Position numbers and translations under genes: made by a program. Below are positions 62,612-64,000 of a stretch of 64,000 nucleotides of DNA, piece by piece. Position 1 is the stretch's first letter. Each line of letters opens with the position of its first letter. This DNA comes from an uncultured Pseudomonadota bacterium (GTDB lineage: Bacteria > Pseudomonadota > Gammaproteobacteria > Burkholderiales > SG8-39). The notes beneath the pieces are model-generated. The model was not told the DNA's origin, did not search any database, and saw nothing but the letters and a program-made list of their open reading frames with translations. The stretch lies in NCBI GenBank assembly GCA_963739205.1, contig CAVTZJ010000004.1, forward strand, positions 322,369 to 386,368, written 5' to 3'.

Positions 62612-64000
62612 TTCGCCAGCACCCTGAAGCGACGCAGCTCGACCAGGCGGTAGCCGGTGTAGCGGCCGAGCAGCAGCGTGGCGGCCAGCACGATCAGCAG
62701 CAGCTCCGGGAACACGAACAGCAGGTGCCGGATGAGCGTGTGCTGGATCAGCAGATAGCACACCGCGGCCACCGCCAGGCTGCCGCCCGCCTGCTGCAGG
62801 GCCTCCCTGGGACCGCGCTCCTCCCAGGCGATCGTCATGCGCTCGATGGTCATGGTGAGGATGACGATCGGAAACAGGCCGAGCGACAGTCCGACGTCCA
62901 CGCCCAGCCGGTGCGAGACCACCGAGAGCGCGGCGATCACCATCACCACCACGATGAGGATCGCCGCGAGCCGCGGCACGAGCAGCAGCTTCAGGTGCTC
63001 GAAATAGAAGCGCACCACCAGGCCGAAGGACAGCACGATGGTGAAGAACACGATTCCCGCCGTCAACCCGGTCTGGCGGAAGGCGAGCGCGATCAGCACC
63101 GGCATGAAGGTGCCGAAGGTCTTGAAGCCGACGACGTTGCGCAGCACCACCAGGACGAACGCGCCGAGCGGCACGGCGAGCAGCGTGCGGAACAGCAGCT
63201 GCGCCTGCAGAGGCAGGCCGAACAGCGAGAACTCGATCAGCCGGTGCTCGAGCGCGCGCTGGCGCGCGACCGCGACGCGCGTGGAGAACTCGAGCGAGCG
63301 GCTCACCGTCACGTCTGTCGTGAGGTGCTTGCCGCCCTGCACGTGCGCCACCAGCGCCGGGCCGCGCCACCAGGGCAGCAGGTAGGGTCCCGCGTCCTTG
63401 AGCGCATCGCTGGTATAGATGGGCGTCCAATGATCGTCGTCGTAGATCTCGAGCCAACGCACGAAGCGCGCGTTGCGCCGCTCGGGCTTGAGCAGCACGC
63501 CGTTCACCACCTCCGCCGGCACGCCGGCGAGGCGCAGCAGATCGACCGCGACCACGGGGATGCGGGCCTGGCTGCGCATCGGGTCGCGTCCGAGGAGATA
63601 GGACGCTTCGTCGCCGGGCTTTGCCGCCTTCAGCCGCTCGACGAGCACCTCGGCCAGGGTGCGTGCATCGGCCGCCTTGGCGCGCGCACTGTCCACCAGG
63701 CTATGCGCGACCAGCAGCTCGTCGGGTGTGAATCGCGGCGCCTGCGAAGTCGGCGCCGGCTGGGGCTGGGCCGGCGGGGGCTTGGACAGGTCGACCACCA
63801 CGCGGTAGTAGAGGTACTGGCGCCCCCTGGCGTCGGCGATCGAGAACACGGCGCGCTCGTTCAGGCGCGTGCGCTCGGTGGTCACGCCGTAGCCGCGCGC
63901 CGCGAAACCCTGGTCCATGACCGAAACCTGGCCGGTCTCGCTCGGCACCGAGAGCAGCAGCTTGGCCGGCCCGCCGTCGGCGTCGTAGGCAAGCTGCAGC
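62608..64000 (-). CDS. Inactive-transglutaminase domain fused to 7 TM helices; N-terminus lies beyond the right edge
   Basis: The frame stays open to base 64000 (LQLAYDADGGPAKLLLSVPSETGQ...). A soluble N-terminal part is followed by about 7 TM helices (FGLPLQAQLLFRTLLAVPLGAFVLVVL...). Confidence 0.65.
   Translation of the reverse strand, partial: LQLAYDADGGPAKLLLSVPSETGQVSVMDQGFAARGYGVTTERTRLNERAVFSIADARGRQYLYYRVVVDLSKPPPAQPQPAPTSQAPRFTPDELLVAHSLVDSARAKAADARTLAEVLVERLKAAKPGDEASYLLGRDPMRSQARIPVVAVDLLRLAGVPAEVVNGVLLKPERRNARFVRWLEIYDDDHWTPIYTSDALKDAGPYLLPWWRGPALVAHVQGGKHLTTDVTVSRSLEFSTRVAVARQRALEHRLIEFSLFGLPLQAQLLFRTLLAVPLGAFVLVVLRNVVGFKTFGTFMPVLIALAFRQTGLTAGIVFFTIVLSFGLVVRFYFEHLKLLLVPRLAAILIVVVMVIAALSVVSHRLGVDVGLSLGLFPIVILTMTIERMTIAWEERGPREALQQAGGSLAVAAVCYLLIQHTLIRHLLFVFPELLLIVLAATLLLGRYTGYRLVELRRFRVLAK

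Noticed and set aside
37451-62653. Several very long ORFs antisense to real genes: 37451..39403 (+), 44082..45776 (+), 46023..47894 (+), 49100..50752 (+), 56506..59004 (+), 60138..62525 (-) and 60401..62653 (+).
   Set aside because: All run opposite to strongly recognisable genes (oxc, fhs, fdsA, fdsB, sucCD, glpK, the ATP-grasp gene). All have the Arg/Ala/Asp/His-rich low-information composition expected from the reverse frames of GC3-rich genes.
1-64000. Looked for rRNA, tRNA, CRISPR arrays, transposases or IS ends, integrases, prophage genes and toxin-antitoxin or classical defence genes.
   Set aside because: None was recognised by eye in any frame. Non-coding gaps are short and are explained by promoters and terminators. 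A proper tRNAscan, Rfam or ISfinder run was not possible here.

Overview
High-GC, almost gap-free coding DNA with about 55 genes. It looks like a chromosomal segment from a sulfur-oxidising proteobacterium; the Bug/TTT transporter genes hint at a betaproteobacterium, but taxonomy cannot be fixed from this window. All family names come from reading the supplied translations. No database search was run.

Gene content, left to right:
- The 5-prime end of sat (ATP sulfurylase), which runs off the left edge and is missing from the ORF track.
- A chrB-like gene, a bepA-like M48 protease and moaC.
- soxY-soxZ-soxA-soxX, a strong intrinsic terminator, then soxB. No soxCD lies in the window.
- A ~14-kb envelope glycosylation locus (7.9-21.8 kb): five large polytopic GT-C-like membrane proteins (YfhO-like, DUF2723/TMEM260-like with TPR, ArnT/PMT-like, two unassigned), one membrane-anchored GT2 (GtrB/CsbB-like), one GtrA flippase-like protein, one GT4 and two SAM methyltransferases.
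- Two tandem type IV pilin genes, each with its own consensus sigma54 promoter. They are separated from the GT2 operon only by a textbook terminator.
- A ~12-kb signalling block (23.3-35.3 kb): GAF-HD-GYP, a GAF-fused GspE/PilB-type ATPase, a CNB-rhodanese fusion, a class II cNMP phosphodiesterase, a CHASE2 class IIIb adenylate cyclase, a double-FHA protein, a PP2C phosphatase and a CHASE2-like Ser/Thr kinase.
- An oxalate/formate C1 block: Fmt-like formyltransferase, frc, oxc, a Crp/Fnr regulator, tctCBA, terC, fhs and fdsBA. Three perfect CTTGAC-N4-GTCAAG boxes tie it together.
- Assorted metabolism genes (two class II amidotransferases, a tandem-CNB protein, panB, SDR, flavin reductase, OsmC, MFS).
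- DUF2889-sucC-sucD, where SucC carries a poly-lysine tail, then glpK.
- An ATP-grasp (RimK-like) gene plus a 7TM/inactive-transglutaminase gene that runs off the right edge.

I saw no rRNA, tRNA, CRISPR array or IS element.

Three single-base homopolymer indels break two genes: two in the kinase and one in fhs. This pattern suggests consensus errors at least as much as true pseudogenes.

The best candidates for something new are (a) the multi-GT-C glycosylation hub attached to the pilin genes and (b) the cAMP / c-di-GMP / Ser-Thr phosphorylation block attached to an orphan GAF-ATPase and the pilins.
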